Source: Asterias rubens
Taxonomy: Eukaryota
Length of the DNA: 64,000 nt
Direction of reading: 5' to 3'
Assembly: GCF_902459465.1 (NCBI RefSeq)
Contig: NC_047081.1
Span: forward strand, 1,054,001 to 1,118,000
Below the pieces are notes generated by a model. The model saw only the letters and a program-made list of their open reading frames with translations, was not told where the DNA came from and did not search any database. Positions 24,849 through 36,194 of this stretch are shown here, one piece after another. A program made the position numbers and the translations under genes. The first letter of the stretch is position 1. The number at the start of each line of letters is the position of its first letter.

Positions 24849-26282
24849 CGGCTGAAAAAGATTCTTCATTTTCTTGTTTCAACGTCTGCTCCTTCCTTTT
24901 AAGAAAAAAAAGAAGATGAAGAAGAAAAAAAAACTCCCATGGATGCTTCAGGTGAACTAGCGGCGGACGCTAAACCCCCTGGGGCTGGGATATTTATTCA
25001 GGGAGGCTGACGCAGGCGAGCAAGGAGATGGAGATGGATGATGAGTCACAGAAGACTCAAGGAAATGTAGGATTTGAAGGGACAACCTGCAGGGTATTTT
25101 TTGTTTCCTTTTTCTTTTTGCTCGAAGATATCTTCAGGTAGACGCAGAGGTTTCTTTAAAATGGAAGAGACAGGAATTTGAGAAGATGATACAGAAAGAT
25201 TAAAAGATGACAAGGATGCAAGATGGATCAAGATACGGAAATTATAGTTTGTAAAGAAATTACAGTAAATTCAAGACATGTATGTTTTTTCATGTACAGG
25301 TATTGCTTTTAAAAGGCAATGGTTTTTTGATCCGTTGAAATATTGTATTCCTATATAGATGTAAATGTACATTAGATGTGTACAATAAAACATCTAAAAA
25401 TTTCATTTCAAGAGGTCACAGTGGTCAACGTCGTCACATTTTGTTTGCTGTTCCCAACAAGTAGACACTGTGCTCATTAAAAAAAAAAAGTAGCTAAGCA
25501 CAATATATTATGCTTGCTAGAATAAGATACTTATCTACTACCATTTGTGACCAATATCCTGCTCAAATCTGCTTAGCAGACAATTCTCTGCTTTTAAGCA
25601 GCTACATGTATATGAATTTGCCCCAGGTCTTTTTCGAACAATTCTCTGGCCTGTAGACACTTTGAGTAATAAGCCTTTTGGTCACATGGATTTTCCCTCC
25701 AAATTTGAGTCCTACACAGGAAGCATACGCCCACGATTCATGTCCCGAAAATTTGCGGCACGAATGTGACATTTCCAACTGACATTTGAGCTCATGTTTT
25801 CGTAGCCTCTATTTTCGCCTTGGAAAGAGTGGCGATCAGATAAAAGATACAACTAGGACCCAATTTCATAAAGCCTGTTAGTGTTAGCACAATAAACTAG
25901 CTAAGCACTGAAAAGCATTGCTTAACAGAAACAGTATATCATCGGAAAATGGCATTAAGTTTACATTTTGTGACTGGTGGGTGGTGCCCCACTCTTAATG
26001 TTTATATTCTTTATTCCCGAAGCAAAACTAACATCTATTAAATCGTTGCCGTACCTGCTGCCGACACATAGGATTGGAACTGCCTCTAGATACTGGGTAA
26101 GCTCAATGGTCTAATGGTAAGACAATCTACTCTAGCAATGCAAAGGTCGAGGCTCCGAATCCCACCCGAGTGATTTGCCAGTGGATTTTTTTTTCACAGA
26201 ACTCAGGAAAGTACTGAGTATACAGTGCTTAATACACATCAGTGTAAGAGATAAAAAAATAATTCTACACATTAATTTTTAA

Positions 26283-26876
26283 TCAATTTGCTGATTTTGT
26301 TTGTGGACAAGGCAAAGACTTACTGTCGTCTTTTCCTTGAGCAGACACCTGGCATCCTTGTTGAACCTTGTCATCTTGATTTGTAATTCCTTTAAAGAAC
26401 TCGGCGACGAATGTCTCGCATGACTGGTCATCTTCGGTCAGTTCTGGGATATCCTGCAGCATCTTAGCCTTCTTCTCCGTTTCTTGTGGAATGACGATCC
26501 TTTGAATACCATGGTTAGTACCCTCCCTGTAGTCAACATTGCCGTTGATCTTAAGACACATAAACGCCTTCTTATACTGGTTCCGAAAGAACGAACAGCT
26601 CACTTTCAGTTCCTCGATCTCGCGGCTCTGATCCAGAACCAAATACGTCGTCTCTTGGAGTTTCACCTCGAGGCTTGTTATTCTAGTTCCCATGGCAACC
26701 ATCGTCTGCAACGCCTCGTCTAGTTTAGCAGTCATGCTCGACGCAACTTCATGGCAGGTACAATCATTGAGGCAGGTTTCCCTGACCGTGCTCGAAGAAT
26801 TCAATGTTTGAACTCTTCTCTGAGTTTCATAGCTCAGTTTTCCGTACTGCTCAGTCATTTCGATGGCCTCATCCAT
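26283..26876 (-). CDS. Intronless 197-aa ORF, coiled-coil followed by a segment resembling the LINE ORF1 RRM entry; probable retrotransposon ORF1 fragment
   Basis: Uninterrupted ORF with higher GC than its flanks. Heptad-like stretch AKLDEALQTMVAMGTRITSLEVKLQETTYLVLDQSREIEELK, then MLQDIPELTEDDQSCETFVAEFFK, resembling the (I/V)xGIPE...CE..V.EF motif of LINE ORF1. No ORF2 follows. Family call is by eye only. Confidence 0.45.
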   Translation of the reverse strand: MDEAIEMTEQYGKLSYETQRRVQTLNSSSTVRETCLNDCTCHEVASSMTAKLDEALQTMVAMGTRITSLEVKLQETTYLVLDQSREIEELKVSCSFFRNQYKKAFMCLKINGNVDYREGTNHGIQRIVIPQETEKKAKMLQDIPELTEDDQSCETFVAEFFKGITNQDDKVQQGCQVSAQGKDDSKSLPCPQTKSAN

Positions 26877-26889
26877 GTTTTATCGCCGA

Positions 26890-27320
26890 TCACACATAGT
26901 TCACCAGCCGTCAACATGAAATATTACTGATGTTTCATTTTGCGGAGCGTGAAATCATTGTTAACACATTTCGCATGCCCGTTATGAAATGGTGAATGGC
27001 TATAGTTGCAGTCCTGGTCAATTTTAGTGCGGACCACACACAGTTCACCCACCGTCGACATGAAATAGTACTCACTGAAATTTGTTTCGTTTAGCCGAGC
27101 GTGAAACTATTGTCAACACGCTCTTGCATGCTCGTTATGAAATGGTGAACGGCAAGAGTTGCAGTCCTGGTCATTTTTATCGCGAAGCCATGGACAAGAC
27201 AAATTACTCACTGGAATGCATTTCATTTTGCAGAGTGACGGTGAAAACATTAACACGTTTTTGCACGCTCGTTATAAAAAGGTGAATAGCTGGAGTTGCA
27301 ATCCTGGCCAGCCCCCAACA
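26890..27320. repeat. ~150-bp degenerate tandem repeat, ~3 copies, upstream of the 197-aa ORF
   Basis: Recurrent cgttat(g/a)aaa(t/a)ggtgaa...agttgca(g/a)tcctgg(t/c)ca. Confidence 0.75.
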
Positions 27321-29722
27321 GCCGGTTGGACATTGTTGCGTAGGTGACAACAAAAGAACCAGCAAATCAATAGAGTAATGACCTTGACGTTTTTTTCGCA
27401 CGAACAGTCCGCATAGAGTGTGTAAATACTCGACTGGGAGATTTATTAACTCCACGTGCTGTTTAAAATATTGGATCCATAATCCCTCTAAAGCCTTTTT
27501 CTAATTGTCATTTATTTATAGTATACTCTCATTTTTGTGCAGGTCAGTAAAAGTATAAGGTATTATCTCAGCCTTTACTTGGCGTTTAGATGATGCGGGC
27601 AGGAATCCTTTTAATGGATTATATCTCTGAGATGTGTTCCAGCTGAACAAACAAAAACAGACCTGGCATGAAAATATAAATTGGGATCCCCGCCGACAAA
27701 AGTTCTTTATACAAATTGCGACTGGAATTCATCTGGATGCGAAATTCTTGTTGCTCCTCCATTCAAAACAATGTGATCGGAACCGAGGCTCGAAGGACAG
27801 ACTAGTCTGGTTCCTCGTCTTTGCTCTTGTGCAAACATCTGACTCAAAATGTAATGAACTATCCGGTTGTGCTCACTTCGCCTCCATCCATATGGCATTG
27901 TTTGCAAAAGTTTTTTTTTATTCAAATTGCAATTGGACTAGACGAAGCCATCTTGTTGTTCCTCCATTCAAAACAATGTGACCAAACCGAGGCTCGAAGG
28001 AAAGACTAGTCTTGTTTCTAGTCTCTGCTCTAGTGAACACGTTGGACTCAAAATGTACTCAACTGTCCGTTTGTGCTTAGTACTAGTTGTGCCGACTTTG
28101 TACTCGGCCTTTTATGACATAAGTTTCGGCGTAGCGTGCTTGGCCTACAAGCCCATTATCCAAGCCAGAAGTCATGTTCAAGATTACAAAATGCATAAAC
28201 GCTTCCCTCAGTGTCCATTAATAGTTTGCAAGGTAACCAGTCTCTCTCTGCCCGGTATTCATCATCCTCCCTAAGATCGTCGCGATAATTTCTCAAGCTC
28301 CATTTAACTAACGCAAAAACAATGTTTAATATCCATGCATCTCCTACCCCAAGCTACACAGTCCGAGACCCGAATGAATCTTCCCCCCGTTATAAAAAAA
28401 ACTTCAACAGGCTGACGTGCAAGGAACGACAAAGGCAAAGCGTTACAACATCTTATCCAATCAACATCAAGAATTGCCGGAGGGGGGACGGCCACCGAGG
28501 ATTCCTGCAGAGCAGCGAGCTTAATTGGAAAAGCTAGAGTATCCAAATTAGACTTTCATACCACGTAAAAAAAAACAAGGGAAGGCAGAAAAAAACGACA
28601 AGGAAAATAAACTTACCCATGTCTGCAGCGGAGCACTTGGAGAGTGTTGGAATTTGAAACTGATGAATGTTCGCTGCCAACGATTAAAGAAAAAACCTGG
28701 AGACGAGAAAAAGACGAGAGGAAGACAAATTTACGATAGAGAACTAAGAGGGCCATTCATATTGCAATTAGAGGGGTTTCATAAAAACTTGTGTTTAGGA
28801 ATGTATATCTTTTTTTTAACTGTGAGTGGATGTACAATTATTTGTTCTTAGGTGTATGTTAAATAGTCTGTCGGTTTTTTAAATTTTGCTTGCATAGTTT
28901 CATTCAATACCACGGAGAATGATATTGAATGGTCAGACAGTAGGGATCGAGGGTTAACTGAATACTATTTAGAAATCACCGCATGATGTCAGGTTACTGG
29001 CTGGTAGTTTATCTATCATTCGAAACTATGGATGATATTGAGTGGTCAGACAGTAGGAAGGTTAACTGTGTACTGTGTAGGTGTAATCGCTGCATGCTAT
29101 CAGATTACAGGCTGAAGGTGAACCATCATTCAAAACTAAAATGGATATCGAATGGTCAGGCTGTTGGGGGGTTGACTGTGTGCTGTGTGGTATTGACTAG
29201 CTGATTGTATTGCATGTTGGTACACATTGTAGTGTAACGTATCATTCTAAAGAAAATAGCGAATGATATTGAATGGTCACACAGTAGGAGGGTTGATAGT
29301 GTATATATGTAGACACATTCAACACAATTCAACACAATGCAGGCAAGCGTGACATTAGTTAGTATAATTCAAAACCATGTGTACAATGATACAAGGCCTT
29401 TCTTTGAAAAAATGCGACAAGCTGTACCGATTGCAATTTGATACGGCGGGAATTCAGGCGTGTAATCTGCGTGTAATGTTGAGCAACTCTAATGGGTTCA
29501 AGAGGCGCTCTTTGCCCCTTGAAATGTTCCAACATTTAACCTGAGGCCTTGGCTTCTCAGCCTTTTTACCTTTGCCTTTCATCTGGTCACCTCTCAAAAT
29601 TGTCCACCCGACATTTAAATTCACTAATGGACAGGGAAAAATCCCCCCCCCCCTCCCCAAGAAACAAGAAGCAATTTAGAGGCGGTAAAGATCTTCTTAA
29701 GACGTGCCTCTCACGTGTTTAA

Positions 29723-30097
29723 AGGCATTGGACTTATTTGGTAATAACTGTCAAAGACCAGTATTCTCACTTGGTGTATCCTAAAATATGCAGAAAATAT
29801 AAAACCTGTGAAAATTTCGGCTCATTTGGTCATTGATGTTGCAAGAGAATAATGAAAGCAAAAACACCCTTGTTGCACACTTTGTGTGCTTTCAGATGCT
29901 TGAGAAAGGCTTCAGGTCTTAAGTCTTTCTTAGATTCAAATATTTTAGTGAGAAATTTCCTCTTTCTCAAAAACTACTTTACTTCAGAGGGAGTAATTTC
30001 TCACAATGTTTTATACTATCAACAGCTCGTTGCTCGTTTCCAAGTAACTTTGTATGCTTAATATACTTTGAGTAATAACCAACTGTGTCCAGTCCCT
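29723..30097 (-). mobile_element. Copy of the ~360-bp TTAA element family (reverse)
   Basis: TTAA on both flanks, AGG...CCT termini, same internal sequence. Confidence 0.75.
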
Positions 30098-30821
30098 TTA
30101 ACTGAAGACAATTGTCATGACCCTTGAGATACAAAGCTCAAGGTCTGCAGGTAATGGAGGGGGAAAATGTAATTAATTTAAAGAGGGCTTTGAAATCTTT
30201 ATCTTGTCAGAAACAATGTCACATCAAAGTGGTTCCGGAGATGAGAGGCTTAAAATCATTGGTCTGGTTGATTTTTTAGCGGGTATTACAAATTCTGGTA
30301 AGCGTTTTAAGTTGATCCTGTAAAGGCACTGGACACCTTTGGTAATTATCAAAGACCAGTCTTCTCACTTGGTGCATCCCTACATGCATAAAATAACAAA
30401 CCTGTGAAAATTTGGAATCATAAAAGTTGGTCATCAAAGTTGCAAGAAACGAAACTCAACGCAGGCATTACAAATTCTGATCAGTATTTGGAGGCGATCT
30501 TTTTAAGGAAGGGTCAAGGATTGGGTTTTTTGTGAACGTAAATGCTGATTTACAGGCAAAATTATCGAGAACGATATACTAAAAGTCACCTGTGAAAGCT
30601 TTCAGCGGTATACATTGTCTACATACAATTGAGAAAACAGCAACAGATTTTCACAGTATTTTCAGAAAGAACGTCGGATCCACCCATGTTAAGCGAGGTG
30701 GCAGCAGCGGGTACCAACTGCATCTATGGCTGCAGCAAAAATAGTCTATCACAGTGCTTCTCACCCAGGAAGTTTTTTGAGGCCTTATTTCTTTTTCACT
30801 GATCTATGACCTTACCTTTAA

Positions 30822-31187
30822 AGCCATTGGACCCTTTCGGTACAGAAAAAACAAAAAAAGTTCACAGATTTACAAATAATTTACAGGGTTTACAGAAGGT
30901 AATGGTGAAAGACTTCTCTTGAAATATTAGTCCATTAAATGCTTTACTTTTTGAGAAAACGGTAAAACAATATAAGTTCTCGTTAGCGAGAATTACGGAT
31001 TTATTTTAAACACATGTCATGACACGGCGAAACGCACGAAAACAAGAGTGGGTTTTCCCGTTTTTTTCTCCCGACTCCGATGACCGATTGAGCCTAAATT
31101 TTCACAGGTTTGTTGTTTTAAATATAAGTTGTGATACACGAAGTGTGGGACTTGGATAATACTGTTTACTGAAAGGGTCCAATGGCT
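30822..31187 (+). mobile_element. Related TTAA-target TIR element (second family)
   Basis: ttaa|agccattggaccctttc ... gaaagggtccaatggct|ttaa. Confidence 0.8.
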
Positions 31188-31941
31188 TTAAGTCTTGATT
31201 AATTGCAAGTGATTATTTCTGGGACATGCACAAAGTTTTTACGATCACAAGATTAAGGATTTAACATCGAAAGAACTGCTCCAGTTCATCACCTGGAGGG
31301 GTTTACGTAGAAGTCTTAATCTTTTGCAAAAATTATGCAATGTGCTTAAAGGTAGGACCAGCCTTTACTTAAAGAAACCATTTAACAAAATTGTAGTTTT
31401 AAAGCGCCAGTTTTTTCTCCTTGCAAAATAAAAGTGGACCAGTTCTTTCATGACTTTTCTTGTTGTTTTTCAAGTCAGGATATGCCCTGGGAAGTGTTTC
31501 ATCGATGAATGGTCAAGTGAGATTTGTGGAGATAAGACGTTGATGAGCTGAATTCAGTTTATTGTATATACACACAATGATTTTAGGGACGGTGGACTCT
31601 TTCTTGAGGGTCTGTCGAGGGAATAGAAGTTTATTTATTTATTGAGGAGTTGAATAAGAATTAGGTCAGTTCGGCCATTATTTATTTAGGTATAGTCGAT
31701 TTGGGTTTTTTCTTAAAAATGTTACCTAACATCAAAAGTCCTGACGGCCCCTTAAAGTTGAAGGCTACACAGCCCCCTTCACACTGAAAATCTCCATGTT
31801 AAGAAACAAATTAAACAGAGATTCTCCAGATTAACTGGAGTGTTCACACAACACTCTTCAGGGCTAAACATTCTCCGGATTAACGAACCCCAAATTGGCT
31901 TATTCCGGGTAAAATGTAACCCTGCCCAGTACTAAGGTTAA

Positions 31942-32275
31942 AGCCATAGGACACTTTCGGTAAACAGTATTGTCCAAGGCCCACACTTCGTGTATCACAA
32001 CTTATATATTAAATAACAAACCTGTGAAAATTTAGGCTCAATCGGTCATCAGAGTCGGGAGAAAATAATGGGAAAACCCACCTACATGTACTAGAAATCC
32101 GTAATTCTCGTTGTTGAGAATTGATAATTGTTTCAATGTTTTCTCAAAAAGTAATGCATTTCATGGAATAATATTTCATGAGAAGTCTTTTACCTTTACC
32201 TTCTGTAAACCCTGTTAGTTATTTGTAAATTTGTGAACTTTTATTTTTTGTCTGTTCCGAAAGTGTTTAATGGCT
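31942..32275 (-). mobile_element. Inverted copy of the element at 30822-31187
   Basis: ttaa|agccataggacactttcgg ... ccgaaagtgtttaatggct|ttaa; internal sequence is the reverse complement of the first copy. Confidence 0.8.
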
Positions 32276-32516
32276 TTAACGCACCAATCTTGGTGTTAGT
32301 ATGGGACTGGATAAACTTTCTCTTGGTTAGAGATTGTATTGTAAAAGGAATCTCCGGTTAATTTTAACCTTGGTAGAAGACTTTTTACACTGGTCGCCAA
32401 TTTATTTTTTACACAGATCAAAAGTACATTAGAGATTGTGTGAAAAGGGCTCTAACATAACCCAAATCAACTGTCACCATAGTGCCACCTATTCCTGGGA
32501 CTGAAACAGGATTGTA

Positions 32517-32647
32517 AGGCCGTGTCCGAAACGGCGACTTCGGCTACAGCTACGGCTAGATCGCGCGCGTCTGCCTATTCTTCAACACTGACAGACGCGC
32601 TGATCTAGACGTAGCTGTAGCCGAAGTCGTCGCTTCGGACACAGCCT
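32517..32647. mobile_element. Second copy (opposite orientation) of the 131-bp fold-back MITE
   Basis: Nearly the reverse complement of 15103-15233. Confidence 0.85.
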
Positions 32648-33337
32648 AAAACTCTCCACACCCAGTAAGGATGAAGTCACTCATAAGGGTAGGGGTCAGC
32701 CACTAGCAGCCTGGCTGGTATCCCAGCAGAATGGCACACTTCACAGTATCTTCCCAACTAAATGTGTGTGTACATTGTAAGGTTTTTTTAAAGGACAAAA
32801 TCACACACCTTGCAGGACAAAATACTGAGTGTTTTGATATGCCCTGTAGGGTGTGATAAAACACAATACAAGAACCCAGTAATATTATTATAATAATATA
32901 AAACAAAATAATAATAATAACGCTAGACTCTTGCACCAACTCCTATAGGAATTTGCTTTCCGTGACTACACATTGCCAAGCGCTGGTTTTCTGTTCAAAC
33001 ACAACACTGTCAGGCACGATCCACTCTTCTCCAAACAAAGACTTCAGAAACTAATAACGTCAAATATTGACATTGTATCGATAGCGGGATACATCGGCAA
33101 TCTAACCTTGAGTATACAGATACACACACGCAGAGCGGGGGAAGGAGAGAAAAATCCAATATTATTATGAAAATAATTAGTTTTTTTCTAAAGGTTACAC
33201 AGTAATTGTAAACTTCCCCGCCCCATTCCTCAATATAAAATAGAGCATAGCTGATTTTTATTTTTATTTCATTCCATTCCATTCAGATTTACAAGGGTGC
33301 TTCACCAACTAACTAAGGCTACATCATGTAGCCTTCA

Positions 33338-33714
33338 AGGCAGTGGACACTATTGGTAATTACTCAAAATAATTATTAGCATAAAAGCTTACTTATTAAT
33401 GAGTAATGGGGAGAGTTTGATAGTAAAACATTGTGAGAAACAGCTCCCTCTGAAGTGACGTAGTTTACAAGAAAGAAGTAATTTTCCATGAATTTGATTT
33501 CGAGAGCTCAAGTTTAGAATTTGAGGTCTCAAAAATCAAGCATCTGAAAGCACACAACTTCGTGTGACAAGGGAGTTTTTGCTTTCATTATTATCTCGCA
33601 ACTTCGACGACCAATTGAGCTCAAATTTTCACAGGTTTGTTATTTTATGGATATGTTAAGATAAACCAAGTGAGAAGACTGGTCTTTGACAATTACCAAT
33701 AGTGTCCAGTGTCT
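33338..33714 (+). mobile_element. Copy of the ~360-bp TTAA element family
   Basis: aggcagtggacactattggtaattactcaaaataattattagcat start, matching right TIR. Confidence 0.8.
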
Positions 33715-35818
33715 TTAACTGGGTAAATATTCTCAACGCTCTCCCAAACGAGAGGAGAAGATGATGAAGACATTTCAGTTTTAGATGTGGGAGGAAAAAC
33801 CAAGATAATTAAGGCGAGGCAAGACACAACTACACCAACCTGACCGTCTGGGGTCGATTTAATGTTGGCAGTCAATATCTTTGTTCAGGGTGCCTGCTAC
33901 TCAGAATGAAAGTCGTTCTAATTGTTTGGTACATTTTTGAATAGAGAAGTCTCGTTGGTAAGACACTGCTCTAGAATGGAACAGGTCGTGGGTTCGAATC
34001 CACCCGAGTAATATGCAGGCATGTGATTTTTTTCACAGAGCTCAGAAAAGTACAGAGTATACAGTGCTAATACACATCGGTGTTGATGGGTAAAACGAAA
34101 ATTTATAAACACGTCTTGTACGTAAACCAAAATTGTTTTTAAACCTAGGGTCGCTTTAACTTGTGAAAGAAACCATATTTGGACACTTTCAAGGTTCAAT
34201 TTCATACAAGAATTTTGCTGAGTCTATTGCAGACATGCCTGCCAGCTCATTGTACACTCCTTTCAACTGAACCATTTAGGCCTAAATGATATTAAATTGT
34301 CACGAAGTGCGATGAGGGTTCAATCATCTAATGATTTCCCATGGACTAGCCATCACCAAAGCAACGGGTAATTCATTCCCAATGTTCTGGACTGACATTT
34401 TGTAAGCACTGTCTGCAGTCTTTTATGATCATGAGGGTAGAGGGGAACTGGTTTAAAAAGGCTTCAGTGCTTGCATTGTCATGTTCCCTGTATACAGCTG
34501 TATAAGTACAGTGTTCAAACAGTAGGAGCCTGACCATTTTCCCCACCCAGCCTCGTTTTGGTTGCACTGATTCGAATGAGAGAAAAAAGGCATGTGCTGT
34601 ATTTTTTAATCAAGAATAATTTTACCTTACTGTGTAATACCTTAAACGGAAAGAAATAATGTTTAAAGGTTGACTTTTGAGTCTGGTATACAAGTCTGGT
34701 GATAGGCCCTAGCTTTATGAAAATGGGCCCTGATGGTTGCTAGGGGTTTTCTAATGTTCGAAATGATGAAGCAAAAATGTCAGCAACTGTTCAGCCGAAA
34801 TGAAGTCCTTGAGTCACGTTGGAACAAATTGACGACAACTGAAAGAAAGGTCTGCTGAAGCTTGACTGATGTCTGAATCACGACTGGATTTGATTTGGGT
34901 CAACCACAATCTAATTCAAAATAATGCTGAGCAATGAACAGAAGACACAGAATTACGGCGCAGCAACGGAGGCCATTGTCCCTCTCTCTCTCTCTCTCTA
35001 TCGCCCTAGTATTGGTCTTGGTCGCCCTTCAAAAGCTTCTCACATAAATACTGTAAGATTTTCTTATAGAAGTGCCTTTCCCAAAATGAAAAATGGCCTT
35101 ATAGTTACATATAGGCACCAGAGGCAGTGATCACTGTTGCCCTGAAAGTGGCATTGGTGCCCCTTCAAAATGGAAGTGCCCTGTAATGGGGGAGGGTATG
35201 TTAATTGTCCTGTGGCAAAAGCATTTTGGCCACGATTGTAGGCATGTATATTGCAGCAGATAATTACACTATTAATATTTGAGCAAACAAACGGTTACCT
35301 CCAAACCCTTGCCAATACAAGCCACTTTAAAAAATGTGGGGGGGGGGGCATGCAGTGGCTAGGAACAGCTGATTTGTCTTTACCTAGGGTTCAAGAAGAA
35401 TGAAATCCACGATGGCTTATCCCCTCGACCACCTGCCCGCTTCGCCTTACTCATATCATTAATGTTAAACAGTGCGCTGAATTCAAGATGCGCTCACCTG
35501 GATGCTGATGACAGCTTCTTAAAGGGAAGGTATGTTGTAAATCATTCTTAAAATTAATGGCAATACAAACTTTTGGTTCTAGAAGCCTACAGCAACTTTC
35601 AATAGTACTTTTTTGAGAAACATTTCACTTCGAAGTAATGTGGTTGTATAAAAATAAATTAGTTTTTATGCCCATAACTTTAAATCTGAGAAGCGTTACT
35701 GACAGCGAAAAAGTTTTTCAGTTTGTGTGTTTGATTTGCAGATTATTCTTCTTGCGTGGATATCACTGCTCCAGATTTTCGACAACATCTCAAAAACACT
35801 ACCCCCTTTTGAATATAA

Positions 35819-36194
35819 AGAGACTGGACACTAATGTTAAATGTCAAAAACCAGTCTTCTTACTTGGTGTATCTCCACATGCATAAAATAACAAACCTGT
35901 GAAAATTTGAACTCAATTGGTCATCGAAGCTGCGAGATAATAATGACAGAAAAAACACCCTTGTCACACGAAGTTGTGTGCTTTCAGATGCTTGATTTCG
36001 AGACCTCAAATTCTAAACTTGAGGTTTCGAAATCAAATTCATGGAAAAATACTTCTTTCTCCAAAACTACGTTACTTCAGAGGGAGCCGTTTCTCACAAT
36101 GTTTTGTACTATCAACCTCTCCCCATTACTCAATACCAAGTAAGGTTTTATGCTAATAATTATTTAGAGTAATTACCAATAGTGTCCACTGTCT
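35819..36194 (-). mobile_element. Copy of the ~360-bp TTAA element family (reverse)
   Basis: Ends gagtaattaccaatagtgtccactgtct|ttaa. Confidence 0.75.

Noticed and set aside
29852-30061. Short ORFs resembling each other (also 11443-11673, 35907-36143, 61255-61440)
   Set aside because: All lie inside copies of the same non-coding TTAA element; similarity reflects the repeat.
31213-31430. Met-less 72-codon open frame
   Set aside because: No start codon, no usable acceptor in frame and no recognisable motif; compatible with chance.
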